DNA of 64,000 bases, from the IMG/VR virus record IMGVR_UViG_3300039412_000320, one strand, 5' to 3'. Both the position numbers and the translations under genes were made by a program. Source of the stretch: a virus. The notes below the pieces were generated by a model. The model was not told the origin of the DNA. It ran no database searches and saw nothing but the letters and a program-made list of their open reading frames with translations. Below are positions 29,761 to 40,004 of this stretch, one piece after another; within the stretch, counting starts at the first letter, position 1; every line of letters starts with the position of its first letter.

Positions 29761-32536
29761 TCAAAGCGTTTTTCAAGAAGGAGGGTAATGAAGGAGCGGG
29801 GGGTGATGGCGTGGTTGGGTTTGTTCCTTTAAGCTGCTTAATGGTTTGTACATTGGATGAGGAAATTCCACCTGTAAGGAAAACCCCCACCGTGCTCTTG
29901 ATATCGTTAAGGGCGGAAGTTCCAATTTCCACCTGTTGCTGCAAGTCAGGTTGGAGATTTTGAGTAAGACTCTTGTCTGTACCGGGTTGACCGGGTTGCG
30001 GGGTTACAAGCTCAATAACGGAGTCTGCGGTAACGGAGTCATACATTATATCAATAGATTGAGAAGCCTGAGAAGTTCCGGGTTGATTTCCGTTGAGCGG
30101 AGTGAGGTCGCCCGACTGTAATTGTCCCACAATACTGGGGTCACTCGGGTTAGTTACACCCGCAAACAGGAAAGCATTTACACTATCCACGGCTTTGGCA
30201 CGGAAAGTCAAAGCGGAGTTATCAGTCAAAATCCCTAAGCGACTTTCACGAAAAGCATCAGTTAGAGAAACCCATCTTCCCCACGGAAAGGGAGATATTA
30301 CCTCATACCCCTGCTCATCCGTGTAGGGCTGGGTATTGAGAACCTTCTGATAATAGACGGAGTTGATGCCGTTGTTCAACCAATAATTGGCGGAAAAGAA
30401 CGGGCTGCCAACCGTCATGGCACCAGTTCCACCTTGTTTGGCGGTCTCTCCCGTTTCCGGGTTAGTGGGCAAAGTGTTATACATGTCGGCATCTATTACA
30501 GTCGCCTTGTCATTCTGTAGCCTGAAACACTCGCTAGTGGTATCAAAACGAGTGGCCCAAAGATTACCTATCGTCTCCTTCCGCTGTTTAATGTAAGCCC
30601 ATTCATCTTGCGAGAAAGGCACATTGTCAGGCTGACGGACACTTCCTTGATTTCCCGCCTGTACCAATGCCGGATTCTTTGAGGGATTACCGCCCGGAGT
30701 AGCACCGGAAGAAGCCACTGAAACAAATTGTGAAGCCCAACCGGGAGGATTGACTACGGGTGTGTTTGCATCCGGGGGTTTCGTCCACTGATAAACAAGA
30801 TTCGGCTGACTGGTATAGGAGGTTACCGTCTTGGTTCCGATGGTCTTGGTGGAAGGAATGAGAGGCCGCTTTCGGACAGTATCCAGAGTTATCTGCATAT
30901 TGGCGGCTTGTCCCTGTTGATAGGTGATGCTCACTTGTTTGATGTACCCATACATATCCTTGTGAGGAAAATACATGGGGAATCCGAGGTGGATTTCCGG
31001 GCGCATGGGTATGGTAATGGTGTAGGTGCGATAAGCACGATTTGCCCGGTTGAGTTCCGAAGCGGCGTAAGCATACAGATTGACGAGATGGTTAGACTGA
31101 ATGAAAGGAAGCTGTCGGGCTGGTTCTTCCCTCAAACCGAACTTAGAGAGTTTCGCTATGTCGATGTGGTCTACAACTGGTTTGAGGATTCCACCCTCGG
31201 AATCAAAATGGAAGTTGGTAAGCCAGTCCCCTTGAATAGACATACGAGTGCAACGAATGCTATGCTCGTCTTCGGTCTCTGATTCACTCTCTATCTCACT
31301 CAAATGGACGACGAAGGGGTTGGTATTCTGAGTAAAATAATCAGCGGCATCGGGAAGTTGAGCATTGGGGTTAGTAATCCCTATATTGGTAACATCCAAA
31401 TTGTAATAAGGGGGCTTAAATATAATAGCCCCGTCCAAATCCTGAAACCCCTCATAGAGAAGCAAATTCACCACGGTACGCAGGCGCTCCAACCGAGAAG
31501 TAATCTTTCCATCATTGAGTTTTATGGAGTCCACCGACATATCGGGAAGATACTTACGCATGACATTGATGTACATGTTCTTGTCATTACGAGTGGTGCC
31601 GGGGGACTGTACCGCCAATCGGGCGCTGCGTGCTCCCATCATATCCGGGTCCATGCTGCCCACAGCGTCTTCCGGTTCTTTGCTGAGAACGTTGGTGATG
31701 ATGTTGGGGTCATCTTCCGTAATCACGGGAGAATTCTTCATGTCGTAGCCAAGGATACGGACATCCTTGACGAGATTAACGAGTTTTGTCTGCCAGCGTA
31801 TGATGTAGTTTTGCTTTATCGCCTTTCCCCAATCAGAGGGGTTATTTTGTTCGGCATTGATAGCCCCTTGGTCTAAAGCGTTGAGTTGAAATCCGGCTGG
31901 AGTAACCGAACGCAAAAACATATCGGCAAGCTGCTTGTAGGGGTCCATGGATGCGAGGTTGTTCTTATAAGGGGTGATGTAGTCCATGGAGGCATTGCTA
32001 ATGAGGGCTGCCGCAAGGTCAATCTGCATGAGTTCAAGAAAGCGGAGCGTCCCTAAACAGCTAATATTGATTTGTAGATTGGTTCCGGTGTCGCTATACC
32101 CGATATTGGAAATCATCCCCTTGAAAATACGGTAATACATGGTGTTTCCACGGGGGGAAGGAAAATACCCCTTGCCAAAAACCTGAACCTCCATCATGGT
32201 TTCAAGGATGTTGTTACCACCTGACGGGGCCTGAAATAGCCGCTTGAAGTTGTTAGGGACGAACATTGAGATAGACGCTGAAGGGATGAGATTGTCGATA
32301 TCATAAGAAGCGGAAAATGAGTCGATGAAGTCGTTGAAGTTGACAATCGTGTAGCTTCCATCCGATTGATTTGAAGCATCTTGTGAGTTTATGTAGGGGT
32401 TAATTAAGTAGGGGCGACCCTCAATATACACAACGATGTCCGGGGCGGTCTTTATTATTTCCCGCTCACCCACCGTTTGCATGATGTTTCGGATAAGGTT
32501 CGCCATGCGTCTCCTAGTTACTCCCCGTCGTGCCAA
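29744..32536 (-). CDS. Large baseplate structural protein
   Basis: 930-aa ORF in tight operonic arrangement. Confidence 0.6.
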   Translation of the reverse strand: MARRGVTRRRMANLIRNIMQTVGEREIIKTAPDIVVYIEGRPYLINPYINSQDASNQSDGSYTIVNFNDFIDSFSASYDIDNLIPSASISMFVPNNFKRLFQAPSGGNNILETMMEVQVFGKGYFPSPRGNTMYYRIFKGMISNIGYSDTGTNLQINISCLGTLRFLELMQIDLAAALISNASMDYITPYKNNLASMDPYKQLADMFLRSVTPAGFQLNALDQGAINAEQNNPSDWGKAIKQNYIIRWQTKLVNLVKDVRILGYDMKNSPVITEDDPNIITNVLSKEPEDAVGSMDPDMMGARSARLAVQSPGTTRNDKNMYINVMRKYLPDMSVDSIKLNDGKITSRLERLRTVVNLLLYEGFQDLDGAIIFKPPYYNLDVTNIGITNPNAQLPDAADYFTQNTNPFVVHLSEIESESETEDEHSIRCTRMSIQGDWLTNFHFDSEGGILKPVVDHIDIAKLSKFGLREEPARQLPFIQSNHLVNLYAYAASELNRANRAYRTYTITIPMRPEIHLGFPMYFPHKDMYGYIKQVSITYQQGQAANMQITLDTVRKRPLIPSTKTIGTKTVTSYTSQPNLVYQWTKPPDANTPVVNPPGWASQFVSVASSGATPGGNPSKNPALVQAGNQGSVRQPDNVPFSQDEWAYIKQRKETIGNLWATRFDTTSECFRLQNDKATVIDADMYNTLPTNPETGETAKQGGTGAMTVGSPFFSANYWLNNGINSVYYQKVLNTQPYTDEQGYEVISPFPWGRWVSLTDAFRESRLGILTDNSALTFRAKAVDSVNAFLFAGVTNPSDPSIVGQLQSGDLTPLNGNQPGTSQASQSIDIMYDSVTADSVIELVTPQPGQPGTDKSLTQNLQPDLQQQVEIGTSALNDIKSTVGVFLTGGISSSNVQTIKQLKGTNPTTPSPPAPSLPSFLKNALNGGNS

Positions 32537-33686
32537 AGACTAAGCTGCGCATATTAGGATTTCCCGCTGCATTAGGGACCGCCGCCGAGGAGGGGAACAG
32601 CGCCACATTAAGGGTATCCATATACGTGCCGCTCTGAATTGCCGGTGAAACGGGATTGATGCTCTTGAAGAGATTGGTGTTGTTTATCAAATTGGACACC
32701 ACTCCCTCAGTATTTACCCCCGTAGTCAGGGGAACACCATTCTGTGTACCCGCAGGCGGTGGTGCGGGTGTTTCCGTAGCCGTATACGCTCCATAAGAGT
32801 GCCCCCGCTGAATATTTGAGGGCTGACTATTGATATAGGGAGATGACGGTCGGAATCGCTCTCTCCATGAGAGAAAGCTAAAATGAAACTCCGCTCGGAA
32901 AGGATGGTCAGCATCTAAGGTATATCCAAAATCCTGAAACATCCCATTCCACACGAAGTTACCCACAATGAGTTGAACATCCTGATGCTTTTTTATGCGT
33001 CTACGGGTGTATCCGGGGGCTAGGGGTCCCTCATTTGCCTCTTCCCCCTCAAAAAAGTAGCCGTTGTTCTCAAAAAACATCACAAGCTGTTGGAGGTTAC
33101 GCCAAGACTCGGTAAAGTAGTAATACCCATCCGTTAGACCATAAGTCCAATACTGACCGGGGGTGTGACCGGTCATGGAGATGGTGGAGAGGCTCTCCCC
33201 CCACACACCATACTGCCAGCCGCCCCGAGCAAAGGATTGAGCATCTTCCGTACTCCGAGAAACCTGCGCCGTCTGAGGGTTGATGAGAAATCGGTACTCA
33301 GCGGTCAAAGCGGGGTTTGCCACTCCGTTAGAATTAAATCCCCGATGTGGTATGCGAATAACCACGTAATCCACAAACGGTTTGTTCGCCGCCGTGACAT
33401 AAGAATCCTTGGTGGAAGGGAGATTCTTTTCATTTTGTATGTTAAGCGCCGATTCAAGGGAAATCCTAGCCGAGGAACTTTCGGGAATAAAGCGCTTTTC
33501 CGCCCGTATTGGTAACAGCATTGAGGGCGTGGGAGAAGCCTTGGGGGTGATGGCATGAATGTCACTCATGTCATTGATATCACCCTTTGCTTGCTCGGGG
33601 ATAGCGCTTCCTCTCACGGTTATAGAAGTGGGGGGAATGCTCGGTGTTGGAGTGGTTCCCATTTTAAGTTGAAGGGTTAAACACAA
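32514..33686 (-). CDS. Hypothetical tail/baseplate protein
   Basis: 390-aa ORF between the SLT-domain hub protein and the baseplate proteins. Confidence 0.55.
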   Translation of the reverse strand: MCLTLQLKMGTTPTPSIPPTSITVRGSAIPEQAKGDINDMSDIHAITPKASPTPSMLLPIRAEKRFIPESSSARISLESALNIQNEKNLPSTKDSYVTAANKPFVDYVVIRIPHRGFNSNGVANPALTAEYRFLINPQTAQVSRSTEDAQSFARGGWQYGVWGESLSTISMTGHTPGQYWTYGLTDGYYYFTESWRNLQQLVMFFENNGYFFEGEEANEGPLAPGYTRRRIKKHQDVQLIVGNFVWNGMFQDFGYTLDADHPFRAEFHFSFLSWRERFRPSSPYINSQPSNIQRGHSYGAYTATETPAPPPAGTQNGVPLTTGVNTEGVVSNLINNTNLFKSINPVSPAIQSGTYMDTLNVALFPSSAAVPNAAGNPNMRSLVFGTTGSN

Positions 33687-35151
33687 ACCCCAGTGTCCTT
33701 TCTACCTGAAAAACAAAACTGAAAGTCCATTGAAATGGACTTGCCGCATCTTGAGTCCAGTTTAGGCTCTTGAAGTATCCCATATAGGTGGTGCCCTTAA
33801 ACTTCATAAGCACCGACCCCCGGCTCATCACATCATTAAGCCGCCCATTGAGCTGTGTGGCGGTGATAGCAAGTTCGGGAGACCAAGCGTCGATATCCAC
33901 CTGCTCTTTAGCCTGCCCTTTACCAGAACCCGCCTCTGCCTCAAAATCCTTATTGTAGAACCACCGAATTCCATTCATCTTGAACAAAGAAAGAAACTCC
34001 ACAAAGGCATCCTGTGCCGCAACCCTGAAAGCTTCTTGTGGGTTGGAAGTTCCGGTCTTTTGAGCAATAAGGTTATTAATCGTGTTGTTGGGTAAAGTTC
34101 CCGTGGGTGAGATTGTACTGTCTATTATTTCGCTTCCCGTGCCAGAAGCATTGAAGCCTGAAAGCAGAAGAGCCAAGGTATCAGAGCCGGGGTCCGCTGT
34201 ACTGAAAAAATCGGTAAGCCCAAACTGATTCATGAAGACGCCGGTAGTGCATTGTCCCTCTATCATGTCCGGCTGCATCCCCCACATCGTGATATGCCAT
34301 CCGGTGCGAGTTCGCTGTGGCCTCATGACATGCTTAGAGTTAATGTTGAAGCTTTTCATGCTGGCATTAAGCTGAACTTGCAAGGGTGGATACTGGTTAG
34401 CCGAGGTCGCCCCCGCAGGAGAAACAGGGAGATAAACATCCTGACGGTCATGCAACAGCACCTCGAACACCACGGGAGTTATGGAGTTTCTCACCTTGGG
34501 ATTCCCAGTGACTAAGCTCATATCGGAATACCATGGGGTATTATCCAGATTGGTGTTAATAATGGCATCCGGGAAGAGTGAAGTGTAGTCAATAGTGGGT
34601 GAGTCCAGAAGAAGCGGGTTGTAAGATGCAGCGGTCTTCAAAAGTGGGGCGTCTTGAGACCCATCCGACCGGGGGGTAGAGGGGTTGTTACCTCCCTGTG
34701 GGTTAGCGGTGATTTGAGACGAGTACCGGGCTACCGTGTCTATGAGACTTTGAGCATAGGGACTATTGAGACCGGCGTACCGATGTAGCGCCTCCTGCGG
34801 GTCGTTATTGGAAGCCCGCAGGCATTGAGCATAGAATTGGGTTGCCACTTGAATGTTGTATGCCGGGTCCGTGAGGAGTTGATTGGTGCTGACTGGTTGC
34901 CCATTCACCTTCAGGGAATCCACATTTCTGGTGTTGATTTGGCATAACCCATAGTCGGTACTAACACCGAGAGCTTTTCCGTTTTGGTTGATGGCATTGA
35001 CATAAAAGGAGGACTCGTGGGAGGCGATTCCTACCAGAATGTTGGGGTCTATGTTAGTGCCATTCTGATTATTATACTGAGTCACAACACTGTAAGCGGT
35101 GTCGTTGACCTGCTGCTCCGTAAGTTGTACTGGGGGTCCTTGGGTAGCCAT
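33664..35151 (-). CDS. Tail-associated protein with N-terminal SLT lytic transglycosylase domain
   Basis: VGIASHESSFYVNAINQNGKALGVSTDYGLCQINTRN carries the SLT family motifs ES...A...G..GLMQI. It lies immediately downstream of the tape measure gene. Confidence 0.7.
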   Translation of the reverse strand: MATQGPPVQLTEQQVNDTAYSVVTQYNNQNGTNIDPNILVGIASHESSFYVNAINQNGKALGVSTDYGLCQINTRNVDSLKVNGQPVSTNQLLTDPAYNIQVATQFYAQCLRASNNDPQEALHRYAGLNSPYAQSLIDTVARYSSQITANPQGGNNPSTPRSDGSQDAPLLKTAASYNPLLLDSPTIDYTSLFPDAIINTNLDNTPWYSDMSLVTGNPKVRNSITPVVFEVLLHDRQDVYLPVSPAGATSANQYPPLQVQLNASMKSFNINSKHVMRPQRTRTGWHITMWGMQPDMIEGQCTTGVFMNQFGLTDFFSTADPGSDTLALLLSGFNASGTGSEIIDSTISPTGTLPNNTINNLIAQKTGTSNPQEAFRVAAQDAFVEFLSLFKMNGIRWFYNKDFEAEAGSGKGQAKEQVDIDAWSPELAITATQLNGRLNDVMSRGSVLMKFKGTTYMGYFKSLNWTQDAASPFQWTFSFVFQVERTLGFVFNPST

Positions 35152-35154
35152 AGG

Positions 35155-38100
35155 TTATTGACCCCCGATACCTGGAATTTTTATGTTCGCTCCTAGCGTC
35201 GGATTAGCCAGCATATGGGCAAAGTCCTTCGCAGGGTTACCTGTAGATACGGTGGAGGTTTCGTGTGCTCCTCCGGGGAAAGTAGAGGGCAGGGTAACAT
35301 TAGGGCTGAATCCCTGAGCGATTTTGGTGGACGCATCGACTATAATGGGAGCATTACCGGCTGCTTTATTGGCTGTTCCCGTCGTAACTTGTGCATTTAC
35401 CCCCCCAGCAGCGACACCCGGTCCGGCTGCGGGAGGGATATCAGTGGTTCCACGATAGTAACCCTGTTTTATCATTACTTCTTCACGCAAGCGCTTTTCC
35501 ATGTCATAATACCCGGTAACATCATTTCCCGTAGCTATACCCCTTGACTTGACGGTGTTGATGGTGTTCTGCATAGCGGTAACAGTGTTAACTAAATTCT
35601 GTCTCTGTCCCTGAAACCCTGAGAGATTCAGCAGGTCGTTCTTGATTTTATCTGGTCCGGCCTTCTTGTCTTGGTCTTCCTTAAGCTGTTGTTGAGCGGC
35701 GATGATATACTTATCAAGAGTCTTGATTTCCTCCTGCCCCTTATCCATATCACCCTGAATGGTTCCGGGTCCTGTGGCAATAATTTTCGCCTGTATATCG
35801 GCGATATCTTCGGCTTTAGGCATAGTGTTCCCGCCGAAGAAGTCAAGTATTTTGGTGAGAGTGCCATAAACGAGGTTAATCAAAATCTGAGTAATCTGCT
35901 TGAGGTAGTCATCGGTGGTGGTCAAAGCCTCACCAAGACTTTTCTTCATAGTGTCGCTAAGTTCCTCACCCTGTTTCTTGGCGGAGTCGGCAAAGACTTT
36001 CGCCATAGCTCCACCTGCCTCAAAGTTCGAAGAGAACGTCTCCCAGTCCCCGGCTAACCCCTCCATAGCCTTCTGTTGTTCACTGGCGCTACCCTTCAAA
36101 TCCTTCATGACATCTTCACGTGTGGCTGTGGGCTTTAACCCAAGGTAACCCGCAATTTTCTTGTAGGTATGGTCATCTACATTCCCTGTTCCCATCATGG
36201 CTTCGTTGATACGAGCGCCAGATGCCGCCAGTTGAAGGGTTCGCAACTTAGGGATGTCCTCGGGGTTGAGTTGAAATGCTGTGGCAAATTTATTTATTTC
36301 CATCGACCGCTTAACTACTTCCTCAGGATGGAGAATGAACTTGCTCATTGCCTCATTCACATTCTTACCCACGCCCGCCTTCATAAGAGTCTGTTGGAGC
36401 TTTGTGATGTTCATAGCGGCGGTCATCGCCGGGCTTTGATTGGGAGCAAAAGCAAATTCCAAAGCGTTGCGGGTAGTGGGGTTCTTGACAAACAGGTTGG
36501 TCTGCTGTAGGGCCTGCTGACCGGCTGTTAACTGGTTGAGCGTAGCTCCCACTGCCTGCTTTTTAGTGGCGTCCCCCTTACCTTCGAGGTCACGGGCAGC
36601 GGCCATTGTAGCCATTCCCGCTGTGGTGGGATTAGACACCAAACTCTCCTTCGTGACACCGGACTGCCCTAATTTGGCCCTAGCTTGGTCTTCTGAGAAG
36701 CCAGCACTCTTATAGGCATCCAACAGGGCCTTGTAAGCATCGTCTGCCTGTTGCTCTACGTCCACACCTTGTGTGGCTTGGAGCATTTGCTGAGTGCCTC
36801 TGGTCATATGGAGCGCCATGAAAGCCCCCATCTCCGGGGTAGTCTTGGTGGTTATCATCGCTTTCATAGCGTCTTCCACCTGCTCCGAAGTGAGAAGCCC
36901 TGTGTGTCCCAGCATTCTCAGGGCGGAGGTGACATCATTTACACCCCGTGCCATATGGTCGAACTGCCCAGAGATGTCATCAAGAATTTGAATGTACTTG
37001 GTGGAGGTGATGCCTGCCGCTCGAATGTCGATGTTGAGCTTGTTGAAGAAAGCGTCCGTGCCTTCCAGCGACAGGTGGTATTGCTGGAGAAGCTTCATAA
37101 TTTGTTCGGTAGCGGCGGTCTGGTCCAGTCCGGCTAATCTCGCTCCACCAAAAATGGTAGCGGCAATTCCCTCCCCCGGTCTACCTCCTGCTTTACCAAT
37201 AATGTTTTGTTCCAGTCGATTGTTGGTTTCAGAGAGGTCGGCGACACTTACACCAAATTTGTTGATTGCCGCAGCGATATCAATGTTCTTCTCATAAGTC
37301 TGCCCATAGAGATTCATGCCGGGAGTCAGATTCATACGGACATTCTGAAACGCCGCTGCTCCCGAGGTACGCCCAGCAAATAATCCACTTTGTCCCAACT
37401 TGTCAAAGATTTGTTGATTGCTTTTAATCATACCATCAAAGGCATCTCGGAGCAAAGAGATAGCACCAATGAATATGCCTATCGGCCCCCCACCAGCAGC
37501 TTCTCCCAAAGCTCCCGCACCCATTTCCCCTGCACCTACTGCTGCCTCACCACCTCCTCCAACGGTAGCAGCGATACCCCCGGATGCTGTTGCGCCAATT
37601 CCTTCTTCGGCGGCTATACTTTTTGCCGCACTTTGTAAGGCCATGGCGGAAATCCGGGAACTTATCCCCGCACCCCTTCCACTGATTCCCCCCACCATCT
37701 CGGAAAGGTCTGCCTGTTTCATTCCCTTTACGACATTGGCACGCTCTTTAAGCTGTTGGAGTAAAGCGGGGTCCATTTTACTGATGGCATTCTTGGGTAT
37801 CGTACCAGTCTTAGGGTCAATCAAACCGGCAAGGTCTTTCATGAATCCCGTAGCTTCATTGGGGCCTTTTTCCGCCTCGAAAGTGACCATCCGCTGTTTG
37901 AATACACCGGCACCCTTCACTAAATTATCTCTAGCCTGTTCCGCTGCTCTTCGTCCTCGGTCCATTGTGCTAGTAGCTTTATCCCATGCTCGCATAAATG
38001 GTTCGAGCATTCCAATTCCCATTGCTCCAAAAGTATCTCGAAAGGTATCTCCTAATGCCCTTGCGGGACGCCGTAACTTTTCAATTTTTTCACGAACGGT

Positions 38101-38616
38101 GTCTAAAACGGCTGTCACCCCCTCCAAGGACTTTCTCAACTCCTTGGCGGAGGTGTCATCAAAAGCGTCATGCATACTCTTGGTGGTATCTCTAGCCCGG
38201 TCGTTGATTTTCTTCAACTCATCGTTAATGAGTTTGAGAGCCTTGATGGCCTTTTCCCGGTCTGCGACGGAGTAGCTACCGCTGTTCTTCACGTCCTCCG
38301 CTACCTTCTTTATCTTCTCAAGCTCCTCCTGAACTTCCTTGAAGTTTTTCTTTTGAAGAACCTGCCCAGAGTTGATGGCGTGAACCATCTTGAGGACACC
38401 ATCTAATCCCCGTTTTTGGTCTTCTACGTGGGTAACTAAAGCCTCGGCGGTGGTGTTGACCGTCCCAATACTCTCTTGCAGTTTAGCCATCAAGTCAACG
38501 AGTTGTTGTTCCTTGGCGACAATCAAATCCATCGTCCCGGATAAGGCTACAGTTGCCTTATTCAGGTTGTTGATGGAATCTTGCAAATCCTTCGGATTGT
38601 AGGGGGGTGCGGGCAT
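35155..38616 (-). CDS. Tail tape measure protein
   Basis: 1153-aa ORF with a long coiled-coil-like N-terminal region, Gly/Ala-rich hydrophobic stretches (GGIAATVGGGGEAAVGAGEMGAGALGEAAGGGPIGIFIGAISLL) and a position typical of tape measure proteins. Confidence 0.75.
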   Translation of the reverse strand: MPAPPYNPKDLQDSINNLNKATVALSGTMDLIVAKEQQLVDLMAKLQESIGTVNTTAEALVTHVEDQKRGLDGVLKMVHAINSGQVLQKKNFKEVQEELEKIKKVAEDVKNSGSYSVADREKAIKALKLINDELKKINDRARDTTKSMHDAFDDTSAKELRKSLEGVTAVLDTVREKIEKLRRPARALGDTFRDTFGAMGIGMLEPFMRAWDKATSTMDRGRRAAEQARDNLVKGAGVFKQRMVTFEAEKGPNEATGFMKDLAGLIDPKTGTIPKNAISKMDPALLQQLKERANVVKGMKQADLSEMVGGISGRGAGISSRISAMALQSAAKSIAAEEGIGATASGGIAATVGGGGEAAVGAGEMGAGALGEAAGGGPIGIFIGAISLLRDAFDGMIKSNQQIFDKLGQSGLFAGRTSGAAAFQNVRMNLTPGMNLYGQTYEKNIDIAAAINKFGVSVADLSETNNRLEQNIIGKAGGRPGEGIAATIFGGARLAGLDQTAATEQIMKLLQQYHLSLEGTDAFFNKLNIDIRAAGITSTKYIQILDDISGQFDHMARGVNDVTSALRMLGHTGLLTSEQVEDAMKAMITTKTTPEMGAFMALHMTRGTQQMLQATQGVDVEQQADDAYKALLDAYKSAGFSEDQARAKLGQSGVTKESLVSNPTTAGMATMAAARDLEGKGDATKKQAVGATLNQLTAGQQALQQTNLFVKNPTTRNALEFAFAPNQSPAMTAAMNITKLQQTLMKAGVGKNVNEAMSKFILHPEEVVKRSMEINKFATAFQLNPEDIPKLRTLQLAASGARINEAMMGTGNVDDHTYKKIAGYLGLKPTATREDVMKDLKGSASEQQKAMEGLAGDWETFSSNFEAGGAMAKVFADSAKKQGEELSDTMKKSLGEALTTTDDYLKQITQILINLVYGTLTKILDFFGGNTMPKAEDIADIQAKIIATGPGTIQGDMDKGQEEIKTLDKYIIAAQQQLKEDQDKKAGPDKIKNDLLNLSGFQGQRQNLVNTVTAMQNTINTVKSRGIATGNDVTGYYDMEKRLREEVMIKQGYYRGTTDIPPAAGPGVAAGGVNAQVTTGTANKAAGNAPIIVDASTKIAQGFSPNVTLPSTFPGGAHETSTVSTGNPAKDFAHMLANPTLGANIKIPGIGGQ

Positions 38617-38619
38617 CTA

Positions 38620-39249
38620 TTAAGCCTTTTGCTCCTTTTCTACCGCCGCCCTTTCCTCAGCAGACAACTGGGCTTCTAGGCTCTTTGCTACGGTGTCTTC
38701 AATTACTTCCTTGCTGGCATCGTGGATTTCCTTCAAAGCGGCCTCGAAAAACCGGCGCTCCACCTCGGTCATCAGTGTGCTTTGCGGAAAGTTCTTCTGC
38801 ATACGCTTTTCGATGTTGTCGGTGTGAACCATGAGAATCTTCCAAAGCGTCTGGAGGACCTCCTGTCCCCATCCGAGGAAAATGTTCCGCAGGACGACCT
38901 GCACATCCGATTTTTCATTGGTGGTGGGGTCTATCAGTATCCGCTGCTCTTCCATGAGGTTGCGAATGCTGATGCCGTTAATCCACGTCACCGCTCGGGA
39001 TAGTATCTCACACCGGATGCGCTGAACCCAAGCATACCCCTTAAGCTCCTCACAAGCAAGAAGTGCTTTCATCTCTTGGTCAGTGGGAATATTGGCAATT
39101 CTGAGACATACTGTCTTCCCAGATGCCTCAAAATTAAGGATTTCCTCGTTTTCTTCAATTCCGAACCCCTTAAGACCTAAAATTACCTCATCAAGGGACT
39201 TAGGGGCCTCAACAACCACCCCGGTTCCCGGCTTTGTCTTTGAACTCAT
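38620..39249 (-). CDS. Hypothetical protein (possible tail assembly chaperone, first gene of minus-strand module)
   Basis: 209-aa acidic ORF immediately upstream of the tape measure gene. The call rests on position only. Confidence 0.5.
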   Translation of the reverse strand: MSSKTKPGTGVVVEAPKSLDEVILGLKGFGIEENEEILNFEASGKTVCLRIANIPTDQEMKALLACEELKGYAWVQRIRCEILSRAVTWINGISIRNLMEEQRILIDPTTNEKSDVQVVLRNIFLGWGQEVLQTLWKILMVHTDNIEKRMQKNFPQSTLMTEVERRFFEAALKEIHDASKEVIEDTVAKSLEAQLSAEERAAVEKEQKA

Positions 39250-39324
39250 AATTCCTCCCTAATTAATCGGGTGACAGTCAGTTATCTGAAAATGACCACA
39301 AGAATTTTGGAAATTGAGGGCCGA

Positions 39325-39350
39325 ATCGTGGTATACTGGAAGTGGAGGAA
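39325..39350 (+). promoter_or_regulatory. Extended -10 promoter plus strong RBS (conserved motif copy 1)
   Basis: CGTGGTATACT GGAAGTGGAGGAA followed 6 nt later by ATG. The same TGGTATA(C/A)T...AGTG(G/A)AGGA block recurs at 49483 and 50829. Confidence 0.5.
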
Positions 39351-39356
39351 ACTTGT

Positions 39357-39635
39357 ATGGATGAAAGTTCGGAAGACAAAATGCTACGAGTGGCTCAAGG
39401 GCAGCGGGATTACCTAATATCCCTAGACGCCTATTACTCTCTTAAAGCTAAAGGAGTGAATCCACCCCTCTACCCATCAAGACCAAACTATGGTAGTGAG
39501 GGAACCGGTGGTGGTATCACCGAGACTATACTCGGACTCGGATTTTTCACGGGAGTTGGGGGAACATTAGGTTTAGGGGCATGGGTAGTCGTCTGTTCAA
39601 TCATGGGTTGGCATTGTTGGCCTATGCCTTATTAA
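39357..39635 (+). CDS. Small membrane protein, tandem paralog 1
   Basis: Contains ...QRDYLISLDAYYSLKAKGVNPPLYPSRPNYG... and a C-terminal hydrophobic segment. It is paralogous to the next ORF. Confidence 0.5.
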   Translation: MDESSEDKMLRVAQGQRDYLISLDAYYSLKAKGVNPPLYPSRPNYGSEGTGGGITETILGLGFFTGVGGTLGLGAWVVVCSIMGWHCWPMPY

Positions 39636-39671
39636 ACCCCCGGCTACTCCTGTTGATAATGGAGGATGCGT

Positions 39672-40004
39672 ATGGATGAAACAGCGGACGACAGGTTATC
39701 GCAACTACATCGGGCAGAAAGGGATTATTTAATCTCTTTGGATGCCTACCATTCCCTTAAAGCAAAGGGAGTGAACCCCCCATTTTACCCCGCTGGTCCA
39801 AACTACAATGGTGGGGGTAGATTGGGGTGGTCATGTACCCTCGCCCTATTCCTGATTTTAGTGGGTGGGATAATACTGTACCCAAGTTATGTTGGTATTT
39901 CATTTCTATCCATGTTTTTTCCCAATGTACCCGTATCGACATGGATTCTTATGTTTACGGCGATTTTTGTTCTAACAATTGCATGGTTTATCCACAAGCT
40001 ATAA
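39672..40004 (+). CDS. Small membrane protein, tandem paralog 2
   Basis: Contains ...ERDYLISLDAYHSLKAKGVNPPFYPAGPNYNGGG... and two hydrophobic segments. Start chosen at the ATG 5 nt after GGAGGA; the ORF track opens 6 nt earlier at 39666. Confidence 0.5.
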   Translation: MDETADDRLSQLHRAERDYLISLDAYHSLKAKGVNPPFYPAGPNYNGGGRLGWSCTLALFLILVGGIILYPSYVGISFLSMFFPNVPVSTWILMFTAIFVLTIAWFIHKL

